The notes beneath the pieces were generated by a model, which was not told the origin of the DNA, did no database searches, and was given only the letters and a program-made list of their open reading frames with translations. Both the position numbers and the translations under genes were made by a program. Source: Chromera velia (taxonomy: Eukaryota). From it: a DNA stretch of 20,000 nt. The stretch is taken from positions 108,979-128,978 of the forward strand of contig JAHBMJ010000432.1 in NCBI GenBank assembly GCA_018398765.1, read 5' to 3'. Below, piece by piece: positions 11,696-20,000 of this stretch (positions are counted from its first letter, which is position 1; every line of letters starts with the position of its first letter).

Positions 11696-12451
11696 TTTCC
11701 CTCGCTTGCTCTCGCTAGCTGTCTCTATCAATCAATCAGTCAGTTTGTCTGACTGGCTGACTGACTGATTGACCAACCGACCCACCGTGTTTGCGTAGAC
11801 GTTGACCGCAGTGGAGACGAGGGCACCGATGTTGATCACAATGTAGAACTTCAACCAGTAGGACATCAGCCTGTCTTTGTGAATCTCTGGGTGAAATTGG
11901 TTCGCCCCCATGGTCCCCACCAGGGACTTGATGCCCCCGAACCCGAGAGGGAACCAGAGAAAGAAGTAGACGGGCGTCATCCAAGACTGATACAGCGAAG
12001 GCGACCCTGCGATAGTCATCAAGGTCAGAGCGCCAATGTAGACGACCGAAGTCACGAGAATTCCGGTGTACACGCCCATGAAGGAATCGGCAATTGCTGC
12101 CGACAAAAGGGGCCAGAGGTACCCGAGACCTGTCATCAACTTGATGGTCGATGAAGCCTCTGCTACGGACATGCCTGCAAAGGTGTCGTTGGTCAAATAG
12201 CGGTTGTACTCGGGTTGTAGGCAGTAGTAGGCGAATCTTTCCAACATTTCCAATACGAGAACAAACACGGCGGCCTTCCACATGGGATTGGCATAGTAAG
12301 TGTAGACGTTGTTTTTTTCATCTGTGTACTTCCAGGGTTTTTCTTTGTCTCCGGTTTTGTATTTTTCTGGAATATCCGCCAACACCGCTGTGTCCTCTGC
12401 AGTGTGGTCCACAGGAGACTGATCCTCTCCGGGAACGGTTTTCAAAGCCAT
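6945..12451 (-). CDS. POT/PTR2 family proton-dependent oligopeptide transporter (MFS), 9 exons, 667 aa
   Basis: Exons 12451-11786, 10995-10910, 10461-10248, 9944-9849, 9233-9169, 8828-8730, 8384-8271, 7919-7808 and 7496-6945. All introns are GT..CAG with phases 0, 2, 0, 0, 2, 2, 2, 0 consistent; total 2004 nt. Signature motifs: EMLERFAYY (ExxERFxYY), AAIADSFMG, GFGGIKSLVGTMGANQF, FYIVINIGAL, INP..ERLLLP, ALGEVWASPAALDLAYRLAPPSTK. Confidence 0.93.
7749..7807. repeat. (GGCA)n/(GACA)n compound microsatellite abutting a splice donor of the POT gene
   Basis: Read directly. Lies at the 5' start of the last POT intron (donor GT at 7807-7806). Confidence 0.9.
10488..10517. repeat. 30-nt G homopolymer (poly-C on the transcribed strand) in POT intron 2
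   Basis: Read directly. Ends about 25 nt before the acceptor AG at 10463-10462. Confidence 0.9.
11045..11242. repeat. About 100-bp tandem duplication within POT intron 1, next to a (CATT)n tract
   Basis: TTCATCTATTCCGC.ATTCCTTTGTTCATTGCCTCAC...GATCACCAATTCGTTCACTCATTTATTGATTCAATTCATTCA at about 11045-11141 and 11150-11242, differing by one substitution and a 4-nt indel. Confidence 0.9.
11460..11700. repeat. Compound (GTCT)n/(GTCC)n/(CTCTCC)n/(CT)n microsatellite in POT intron 1
   Basis: Read directly. Confidence 0.95.
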
Positions 12452-13197
12452 TCTGGGGCAGTTCTTCCAGGAACTGTTTCCCAACAGGCTTGGATTGCGC
12501 GGAGACAGAAAAGACGGACAACAGGTAAGCAACAGCAGGTGCTTCACAGGAACAGAGCAGAGGGCTTACCCAGTAAAGAATTGCTTGCTAGTGTCGCAAG
12601 AGCGGGACTCAATCTAGAGCTTTGCACGTCACTGCGTAGTCTCGCACATGTGTATATAGTACGATTCTGACAGTCCCAATTCGACTGTCAGAAAGGCTGC
12701 TTCAAAGGCATGATGTCAGTCGACCATTGTCAGTCTGGCACTCTTTTTGCGCGCGAGCTATAGGGGCCGGCGCATGCCGGCGCTTCGCACGCGAAGTTTT
12801 GTCACAGCACAAGATCGATGCGCGCAGCTAGCTAGCGCGCTCCGCAACCTAGCTGTCGATCGGATCATGCATGCATGTCGCGGATCCTCTTTCTCGAATT
12901 CAGCGCGGCCGTGCGGCTCGCTTGACCGCGGGGCATCATTCACTCATGCGATCTGACAGCTAGTTAGCCTGCGACAGCCTTCGCACTGCCACTGCAACTA
13001 CCGTATGCGGTGCGGTTCGTTTTCTTTTCAATTCACTGATCGTGGTTGGTTGCTGTGTTGGTGCCTGGAACTTTGACAAACGTAAAGCACAACTGCCTTG
13101 TCTCGCCGTCTCCTGTGAATCTTGTATTCACTGTTCAACTGACTTCGTCAATTGAGATTGCCCCCAACCGTCCGCACTTTGCATCAGGATAATCGCG
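12452..13197. promoter_or_regulatory. Putative bidirectional promoter / 5' UTR region between the POT transporter and the Rnl2 ligase
   Basis: Head-to-head ATGs at 12451 (-) and 13198 (+). CpG-rich core at about 12745-12960 with TGCATGCA. Perfect 11-bp inverted repeat TTCTGACAGTC-N7-GACTGTCAGAA at 12665-12693. Several further TGACA/TGTCA motifs. Confidence 0.55.
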
Positions 13198-14871
13198 ATG
13201 GAAGTCAATGTCGTCCTTGCAGACTCTCAGTCAGCTGCCGCGAAAGGTTCTCCTTTTCCCTTCCAACTACAGCCATTCCAAAAAATTGCTACTTCTATGA
13301 ATCAGTACGTAGACGGGAAACACGAGAGTTCTGCACCTGCCACGGGAGAAGGCTCGAGCGGGGCGTCCCACCCATCCTCTGTGGTAGATCCCACCCATCC
13401 TCTGTGGGTGGCAACTGAGAAGATCCACGGGGCACAGCTGCAGCTGTACTGCGGCCTTTCGAGTGGCACCAGCGGTGGGTCGGTCGTGGGGGTACGTGTC
13501 TTATCCCCCCTTTGTACATTCGTTGTATTCGTTGAGCATACAGAGAAAGACCATCCATATTTTTTCTCCATACATACATGAATTGGTGCTGGCCAGGTCG
13601 ACTTCGGTTGCGTTTTTGGATGGCTACTTTATTATATATGCAAAAAGGAAAACATTTCATAGTCGACATTCAATGTATAGATTCACCTACGTGTTTGTCC
13701 CCATGCAGGGAAATTGCCAACCTTGGTTGTCGCTGCTGCAAAGAGAAGTGGGTGGCTGGCACCGTTGGACAGTTTTTTTGGGTTTCAGGAGGTGGTACGG
13801 CGTCTGGGGCCTGCCATCCGTTTTGTCATCGAGCAGCTGGTGGCACGGCGCGCAGAACAGAGCGAGCTTCGCTACGTGGTTCTGTATGGCGAGTTGTTTG
13901 GGGGTTGGTATCCTTCTGAGTCCCTCGCATCGAAGTGGAGGGGGTGGAGGGAGAGTGCGAGCGTTGGTTCAGCAGCGTCAGCATCCTCTGCTGCTGGTGC
14001 CGCTGCTACAGCGGGCAATCGTGCAGATGCAGAAGATCCGGAGTCTTTGTTGAGAGGCGCTGCGAGGCCAGTGCAACAGGGGGTGTACTATTCGCCCCGG
14101 AAGGAGTTTTTCGTATTTGATTGTGCAGTCGTGAACAGCAACCACGATGCAAGACTGCTTCCCTTCCATCAGTTGGAAGCACTATGCGAGGCCAGTCAAA
14201 CTGCCGAAGAGGGGGGAAGTGCAAGTGCCAGGAGAGCCGAGGGCAGAGATGCAGGAAGGCTTTTGGACCCCCTGATCGCAGTGCCTGTGGTGGCAAGGGG
14301 CAGCTCGTATTCCGAACTTGTTTCGGATTTGTCTCTGGATTTCGACTCGAAAGTTCCTGCTGTTCTCAATCATCTCGTGCGTGTAGGCAGGGGTGAGGGG
14401 ACAGACAGGGAAGAAGATCGGCTGTGTCAACTTCCGAGTCTTCCCGCGGGGACCAACACTGCGGAGGGGGTGGTGATGCGTCCGAATGATAGCAGCAAGA
14501 GTGCAGTGTACAAGGGGAGTCGTGTTGTGTCGATGGTGAAACACAAACACGAAAAGTTTGGGGAGATCGAAGAAATCGACAAACCGAGAGGCGACGAGCC
14601 TCCTGCTATTCTCGTTGCGCGGGTGTTTGACGCTTGTTTGACCCCCAACAGGGTTAGAGCGGTTCGGAGTAAGATCACAGAGGAAGAAGCAAAAGACCCG
14701 GAAGGCAGAATTTTGTCTGATTTGGTCTCTGATGTTCTAGAGGCCTTCTGGACCGATGCACCGAGAGAATACCAAGACGCCTACGCCAAGCTGTCGGAAG
14801 AAGAAATTTCGGGATTGGAATCCGATCTCAATAAGAAGGCCGTGAAGCTTTTGCGCACCCTTCTGCAGTGA
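13198..14871 (+). CDS. rnl2: Rnl2-family ATP-dependent RNA ligase (T4 Rnl2 / kinetoplastid REL-like), 2 exons, 479 aa
   Basis: Exons 13198-13474 and 13709-14871, joined by a phase-1 intron GTGGGT...ATGCAG; total 1440 nt. Motif I WVATEKIHGAQ (adenylated Lys codon at 13420), Ia AKRSG, III VLYGELFGG, VQQGVYYSP, IIIa FFVFD, IV AEGVVMRP, V MVKHKHEKFGE. Rnl2-specific C-domain LTPNRVRAVRSKI...LVSDVLE (compare T4 Rnl2 VTLNRVNNVISKIG...QDILEE, recalled from memory). Confidence 0.92.
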
Positions 14872-15034
14872 GGTGACTTAGCCTACTATAGACAAGACGA
14901 TAGACCTGGTCATCTTCCTGGCCGGGAAATTCACCCTCTAGTTCACCTTTTAAACTGGGTTTTGAAGGCGCTCAAAATTGAAGTAATCGCTGACAAATAC
15001 ATTCAAAGGGATCGTACCAAGTTTTCAAGTTATT

Positions 15035-15080
15035 TCTCTGTCTCTCTCTCAGACAGAGTCTCTCTCTCTCTCTCTCTCTG

Positions 15081-15139
<59 letters not shown>

Positions 15140-15151
15140 CCTCTCTCTCTT

Positions 15152-15188
<37 letters not shown>
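15035..15188. repeat. Compound (CT)n(GT)n microsatellite downstream of the ligase gene
   Basis: Read directly. Followed by a short 20-bp tandem duplication AAATTATAC.TTGCTGT.GT at about 15202-15241. Confidence 0.95.
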
Positions 15189-15190
<2 letters not shown>

Positions 15191-16270
15191 GAGATATTCA
15201 GAAATTATACGTTGCTGTAGTAAATTATACTTTGCTGTTGTAATAGCCGAGCTGAGTGCATAAAGCTACAAGCTCCTCTCCTACCTCTCCTAGCTCTTTG
15301 ACTGCTTCCTTCTCTGGTGGTTTAGTGCAGGACTCAGTGTGCTACCGCTGTAGAGAGGGAAATCCCCGTAAAGCTACAGAGATTCATGCCAGAGGTAACG
15401 GTGGCGATGGCTTCATAGTGCCCTGACGACAGCCTAGACGACAGCCGCTTTCCCGGGCCGCGTGAACTTTGACTTTCAAGTTCCGGGGCCGCATGTTGCG
15501 CAACAGCCTTTGAGATCGAAGCGCGGTCTCAAATCGTCGATTAATTGTGCGCATGCATTCGTGTGGATCTGATCATACTTCCCCTTTCTGATTGAAAGCT
15601 TGCATCACGGTTTAATGAGTGACCTCCCGGTTTCTCACTCACTTCTTCTGATACTCGACCTTGATCTATGCATTCCTTCAAACGTTTCACCTCAGATTAG
15701 TCTAGGTGTTGCGATGGTTTCTTTATATAGATGGACGAGCTAGTGAGTTAATCTCCCTTTTGTCAGAATATCTTGATGTGATCGACCAAGGTGGTATGAG
15801 TCTAGGCCCTTTCGGTTACTAGTCTCCCGACCAGCGTCACCTATCACATCATGGAGTGAATCAGCTAGTAAATTTATGAATCGGTCGAGTGATATTCAAT
15901 TTAAAGTTAGACCAGTGGTCCTATAGTAGTGGTTTCCATTCAAACATCACATATATATTGCTAGATATATTGGGTAGAGCGCAAGTGGCTAGGCAAGTGG
16001 TTGGCTTAATAATTGTATGACTTTAACATCATTTCCATTTAAAAACTTCATTTAAAAAATTAAAAATTTTGTAAATAACTTGAACTGATTTAACTGAAGA
16101 TAATGTATAAGAAAAACTTAGATTTCTTTGTACCGCTTTATACTATATAATGTTTCATATATTTTCCAATAATATATAAAAAAAAAAAAAATAGTTCAAA
16201 ACTCCAACAAAATGTTAGTCATTTTTGAAGTCTAACTAAACACTTAAAACTTAGTTTTAATTTCTATTAG

Positions 16271-16444
16271 TAGTGCTAGGAAAAGGTTCAAGGTTCAAGG
16301 TTCACTTCGAAGTAATGAACCTGAATCAGGTTCAAAAACAGGTTTAAAAACAAGTTCACTTTAAATTAATAGAAACCTCATTTTTTCGTGTTATTTTATG
16401 CCTTTAAATTAGGCTCTAATACATTTTTAGAACGTTTTATTACC
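16271..16444 (+). mobile_element. One end of a second hAT-like element, interrupted by an LTR retroelement
   Basis: Starts TAGTGCTAGGAAAAGGTTC, similar to the TIR of the 582-1405 element (TAGGGCTTGGAAAAGGTG). Followed by clustered AGGTTCA/TGAACCT subterminal motifs. The other end is not in the window. Confidence 0.6.
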
Positions 16445-16856
16445 TGTTAGGCCTCAGAGACGAGCGGCCGGGGTGGCGCTTTGGGCCGAAGGGACGCGAG
16501 GAGTGCGGTCCCGGAGGACCAAAGTGATTGACGCACGCCGCGCACGCGAGTCATGCAACACTTTCCAAACAACACTTGATTGCATTACACGGAATTGAAC
16601 AAACAGACTGTATTGCAATAAATGAAAAGAAGTCATAGAGAAATGATGATACAGAGTCTCCTTCTGTATTGGACATGCGCAATACAGAGCGTCCGAATTA
16701 AATCTAAATAAACGTGGTTGAAAGATCCAGAGCACCATACGTCACAGTCTCTATGCAATGTCCAAACAAACTGGAAGAACGACCCGAACCAAGGATGCAC
16801 AGACTTTACACGTAAGTTGATAGTCGTCATGCTGCCGTCACGCTAGCTATACAACA
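16445..16856 (+). mobile_element. Putative 5' LTR (412 bp) of an LTR retrotransposon
   Basis: Abrupt AT-to-GC shift at TGTTAG (16445). Ends CAACA (16856), giving TGTT..AACA inverted termini. Internal AATAAA signals at about 16617 and 16707. Followed after 4 nt by a TGG-initiated PBS-like site and a gag-like frame. A second LTR is not visible. Confidence 0.7.
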
Positions 16857-16860
16857 AAAG

Positions 16861-16874
16861 TGGTAGACAGAGCA
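16861..16874 (+). promoter_or_regulatory. Primer-binding site (PBS)-like sequence
   Basis: TGGTAGACAGAGCA immediately after the putative LTR. Resembles initiator-Met tRNA PBSs (TGGTATCAGAGC / TGGTAGCAGAG) with one extra base. Confidence 0.6.
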
Positions 16875-16914
16875 CATTCTTTTTCACGGCCTCTGTCTCT
16901 CTTTCGTTGCAGCC

Positions 16915-17160
16915 ATCTCTGGGACTACACGGTCGGGAAGGGCTTACCTCAACCCTTCCTTACCAGCCAACCAGGCAGTCAATCAGTGGTTCCAGGAGCT
17001 CTTCGAGGAAGACGAAGAGGAGATGGCAGACAACCAGCAGCTGCAGCAGCAAATTGCCAACCTGCAGCAGCAGCTGGCACAGTCGCAGACAGATCTGGCA
17101 CAGGCACAGGCAGACCTTCAGACGGCACAACAACAAGCCCAGCTACAAGCCTAACAATTA
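16915..17160 (+). pseudogene. Truncated gag-like N-terminus (Gln/Ala-rich coiled coil)
   Basis: Frame not listed in the ORF track: ISGTTRSGRAYLNPSLPANQAVNQWFQELFEEDEEEMADNQQLQQQIANLQQQLAQSQTDLAQAQADLQTAQQQAQLQA*QL. ATG at 17023, in-frame TAA at 17152 (likely from CAA), cut at 17161 by the TIR element. A TRSG motif plus coiled coil after a PBS is common in Ty3/gypsy gag. Confidence 0.55.
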
Positions 17161-17443
17161 CCCTAATGAATTGGGAGTTGAATTGGGCGTCGAATTGGTA
17201 GTACTACCAATTTTGTACCGCCAGTAACTCCCAATTTTAAAAATTTGGTACCTAGTCTAGTGAAAGAAGTACATGGAGTTTGAAGCTAAAATTTTGTGTA
17301 CGGGCTAGACAGGGGCTCACTAGTCTCTAACCACAGTCATTAGACAGACTCACTCTAATTCATTACTAGGAACAAATTCTATGAACATTTAGAGTCACCT
17401 AAAAATTGGGAGTTACCAATTTTTTTCTAGGACTAACTACCTA

Positions 17444-18368
17444 CACAGTACGGTTAGGAGTTACTACCGGGCCCCTTGGGGAGGCGGCGAGTTACTGTCA
17501 CTTTGGTAACCATGGGGCGGTAACTTGGGGGCCCAAGGGCCCCTACCACTACCATGGCAGTTCGGGCCAAGACCCCGGCAAAGGATACAAAAAAAGCGTG
17601 ACGCATGGATTAAAAAAAATCCGTCTCCTTCAAATCCGTTTCAACTTTCAAAAATCAATTTTTAAACGAAGGTCAACCTTACTTGTGGTCAAAATTATGG
17701 AATCGTTTCTCTTCTATCCCCTGTCAGAGCAGACGGACAATTGATGAAAGCTGTAGTTCGGCAGTGATCAGTGCTTTCTCACTGTAGAGGTGGTGGTGGT
17801 GGAGCTGCAGGAGGCTCCCGAGGAGGGAGGGGGGGCGCTGGAGCTGCAGAGGTCTCCTAAGGAGGGAGGGGGGGTAGTGGAGCTGCAGGGGTCTCCCGAG
17901 GAGGGAAGGGAGGTGGTGGGGCTGCAGGGGTCTCCCGAGGAGGGAGGGGGGGCGTTTGAGCTGCAGGGGCGCTTGAGGCGAAGTGGGTTGTTCTCTTTCT
18001 CTCTCTCTCTCTCACATACACACACACACACACACAGCATCATACAGCATCATAATCATGACATAATATCATCATTTATAGTGATAGAGTAATATCTCTG
18101 ATATTATAATTATTATCTCAGATCTAAAAGTTTAGCAAGATTGATAGAACAATGGTGTTTACTTTGTAGCCTTTGTTGATTGTAGATTTGATGGTAAAAC
18201 TAGATAAAACAGGTTTAAAGATCACTAGTATTAGGAAAAATATGCAATACTACCACTACTATGGTCATAGGACTAAAAACTACTACCGTAACCGTGAAAT
18301 TGGTAACCCGGGCAGGCTAGCGGCCGCCTGGTAACCATCCTACTATCGTTACTCCTAACCGTACTGTG
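17444..18368. mobile_element. Nested 925-bp non-autonomous TIR element (CACAG ends, TA target duplication)
   Basis: Perfect 18-bp TIR CACAGTACGGTTAGGAGT (17444-17461) / ACTCCTAACCGTACTGTG (18351-18368). TA at 17442-17443 and 18369-18370. Subterminal GGTAAC/ACTAC motifs at both ends. Removing it rejoins the host motif array (AACTACC-TA-TAACTACCAATT). Confidence 0.88.
17801..17970. repeat. 39-bp G-rich minisatellite (about 4.3 copies) inside the nested element
   Basis: Consensus GGAGCTGCAGGGGTCTCCCGAGGAGGGAGGGGGGGCGNT, with units starting at 17801, 17840, 17879, 17918 and 17957. Confidence 0.92.
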
Positions 18369-18554
18369 TATAACTACCAATTTTTAAGAAAATCAACACC
18401 CAATTTTTTTTTTTTTGGACTACCAATTTTATAACTTCTCCGAGAGAGTAAAATATATGTGGAAAGAAAGAATGCTGTAATAGAATAGTGTTGCATGGAA
18501 AGGATCCACGAATGCAAGTAAAAAGAACAAGCGGGAGGGTTCTCTGCAACAAAA

Positions 18555-19547
18555 ATGTCATTGTTTGTAGAGAGTTATGATGAAAACGTCTGTGCAGCTG
18601 ATGACTCGGAGGACGAGAATGAAGAAGAGGGGGAAAAAAAGGAAAAGAGAGAAGAAAGAAGGGGTGCAGTGCCACCTGAGTCCATGTCTGAATCAGTGGC
18701 CAGACTGAAGGAGAAGATCAAAGTCTTTTAGGCCCTTCAGGTTGTGAAGGAACAAAGAGAATCCCTCAGAACAGAGATTGAAAGAGTAAAGAAGAAGGGA
18801 AAGAAAGAGGAAGAAGAGTTATTTCAGAGTAACCTGGGGGTTATGGAGGAAAAAATTCAGACTCTTGAGAGAAAGAAAGCACGTCTTTCCCGTCCAAATG
18901 ATCTCCTACTCATGAGAGATATGCAGACAGCCCTCAAACAGAAGCAAGAAAGAGGGGTCCCCGAGTCGTCTATTGCCGCTGCGGTAGCCTCAATTCAGTC
19001 GGCAGCTCCTAGTCTCCGTAAGCCTCAAGGTGGAAGAAAGAACGAAACGGATCAAGAGAAAGAACAAAAAAAAAAGAAGAAATCGAAAAGTGAAAGTTCT
19101 TGTCAGTGCCCCCCTCCTCCCCACTGTTCTGCAACCATGGTCGCACAAAGCCGACAGAGGGAGAGGTCAAAGAAAATGGACAAGGATAGATTTGTCATCC
19201 CCACCAAGTTTCGGGAGAGATTCGCTGTGGGGAGAGAGCTGAACATCGCTCATACAATATTTTCAGATGTCAAGTTCACCGTGAAGATTTTGGAGCTAAA
19301 AGAGCTCACAGATGATCACAGAAAAAAGGCAGACATCAGAATTTTCCCAGATGATTCCTTAGTCGTTTTTCAGTACACCCATGTTGTCCCCCCCCAAAAT
19401 CTGTCAGAGGAGAAGAAAAAGGAATATAATCTCCATTTGAGACGTCTGGGAACCACCAAGTGGGAGATGTTTGGGAGAGAGGGGCATGATTTGAACAAAG
19501 ATCAGCAACCACTGTCCGGCATATGGAGGGATTATGAATTCTGGTAG
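18555..19547 (+). pseudogene. Transposon-borne ORF of unknown function (acidic tract, coiled coil, basic NLS-like tract, globular C-terminus) with one in-frame TAG
   Basis: The 267-aa ORF 18744-19547 extends in frame to an ATG at 18555 (MSLFVESYDENVCAADDSEDENEEEGEKKE...ARLKEKIKVF*ALQVVKEQRESL...), broken only by TAG at 18729. No DDE motif recognised. Confidence 0.55.
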
Positions 19548-20000
19548 GCTTACATGGTCAATTGGATCGATTTTCGCTCTGATTTTTGTATTGGTACGTG
19601 TAACTTATGTAGAGCTGTCCACTGTCCGTTTTATATTGCATTAGCGGTGCACTGTGACACATAAAACAAAAGTTTTAAGTTGAGTCCCCCTTTTTTTTTT
19701 GTACTACCAATTTTTTTTTCGGCGGTCCTAAAAAATTCCTATTTAAAAATTAGTAACTCCCAATTTTTAGGTGACTCTAAGTGTTCATAAAATTTGTTCC
19801 TAGTAATGAATTAGAGTCTAATGACTGTGGCTAGAGACTAGTGAGCCCTTGTCTAGCCCATACACAAAATTTTAGCTTCAAACTCCATGTACTTCTTTCA
19901 CTAGACTAGGTACCAATTTTTCAAAATTGGGAGTTACTGGCGGTAAAAAATTGGTAGTACTACCAATTCGACACCCAATTCAACTCCCAATTCTTTAGGG

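Larger units (their letters stand above)
17161..20000. mobile_element. DNA transposon with about 260-bp terminal inverted repeats and CCC...GGG ends (EnSpm/CACTA-like by inference), no recognisable transposase
   Basis: 17161-17424 (CCCTAATGAATTGGGAGTTGAATTGGGCGTCG...) is the near-identical reverse complement of 19745-20000 (...CCCAATTCAACTCCCAATTCTTTAGGG), with scattered substitutions and one 8-bp indel. Reiterated AATTGG(G/T)AGT motifs. Left flank is ...CAATTA; the right flank and TSD lie outside the window. Confidence 0.92.

Noticed and set aside
13366..13407. 19-bp direct repeat with a 23-nt period in Rnl2 exon 1, suggesting a frameshift or hidden intron
   Set aside because: The frame from ATG 13198 through motif I is open, and no phase-compatible GT-AG pair was found.
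13492..13497. GTACGT as the Rnl2 intron donor
   Set aside because: It is phase 0, which would frameshift at the CAG acceptor (13708). The GTGGGT donor at 13475 gives the required phase 1.
15236..16030. Possible solo LTR or other element downstream of the ligase
   Set aside because: Candidate TG...CA ends have no matching target-site duplication, PBS or coding remnant.
17801..17970. 39-bp repeat as a CRISPR array
   Set aside because: Contiguous tandem units without unique spacers, a eukaryotic context and no cas genes.
19994..20000. TTTAGGG / CCCTAA as telomeric repeats
   Set aside because: There is a single unit at each end and both belong to the TIR pair. No tandem telomere array.

Overview
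Eukaryotic nuclear DNA: GT-AG introns full of microsatellites and frequent TGCATGCA motifs. A chromerid/apicomplexan-related alveolate such as Chromera is my inference only. Three intact spliced genes can be reconstructed with all splice phases consistent: (1) a 4-exon, 403-aa opine (octopine/tauropine-type) dehydrogenase on the minus strand, 5160->2948; (2) a 9-exon, 667-aa POT/PTR proton-coupled oligopeptide transporter on the minus strand, 12451->6945; (3) divergent from the transporter, a 2-exon, 479-aa T4-Rnl2/REL-family ATP-dependent RNA ligase on the plus strand, 13198->14871, with all nucleotidyltransferase motifs and the Rnl2 C-terminal domain. The flanks are AT-rich and transposon-derived. 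On the left are a foldback centre (1-180) and a complete non-autonomous hAT element (582-1405, 8-bp TSD). On the right is a four-level nest: a hAT-like end (16271), an LTR retroelement with LTR, PBS and gag start (16445), a 2.84-kb element with about 260-bp TIRs and an orphan ORF (17161-20000), and a 925-bp CACAG-ended element with a TA TSD (17444-18368).
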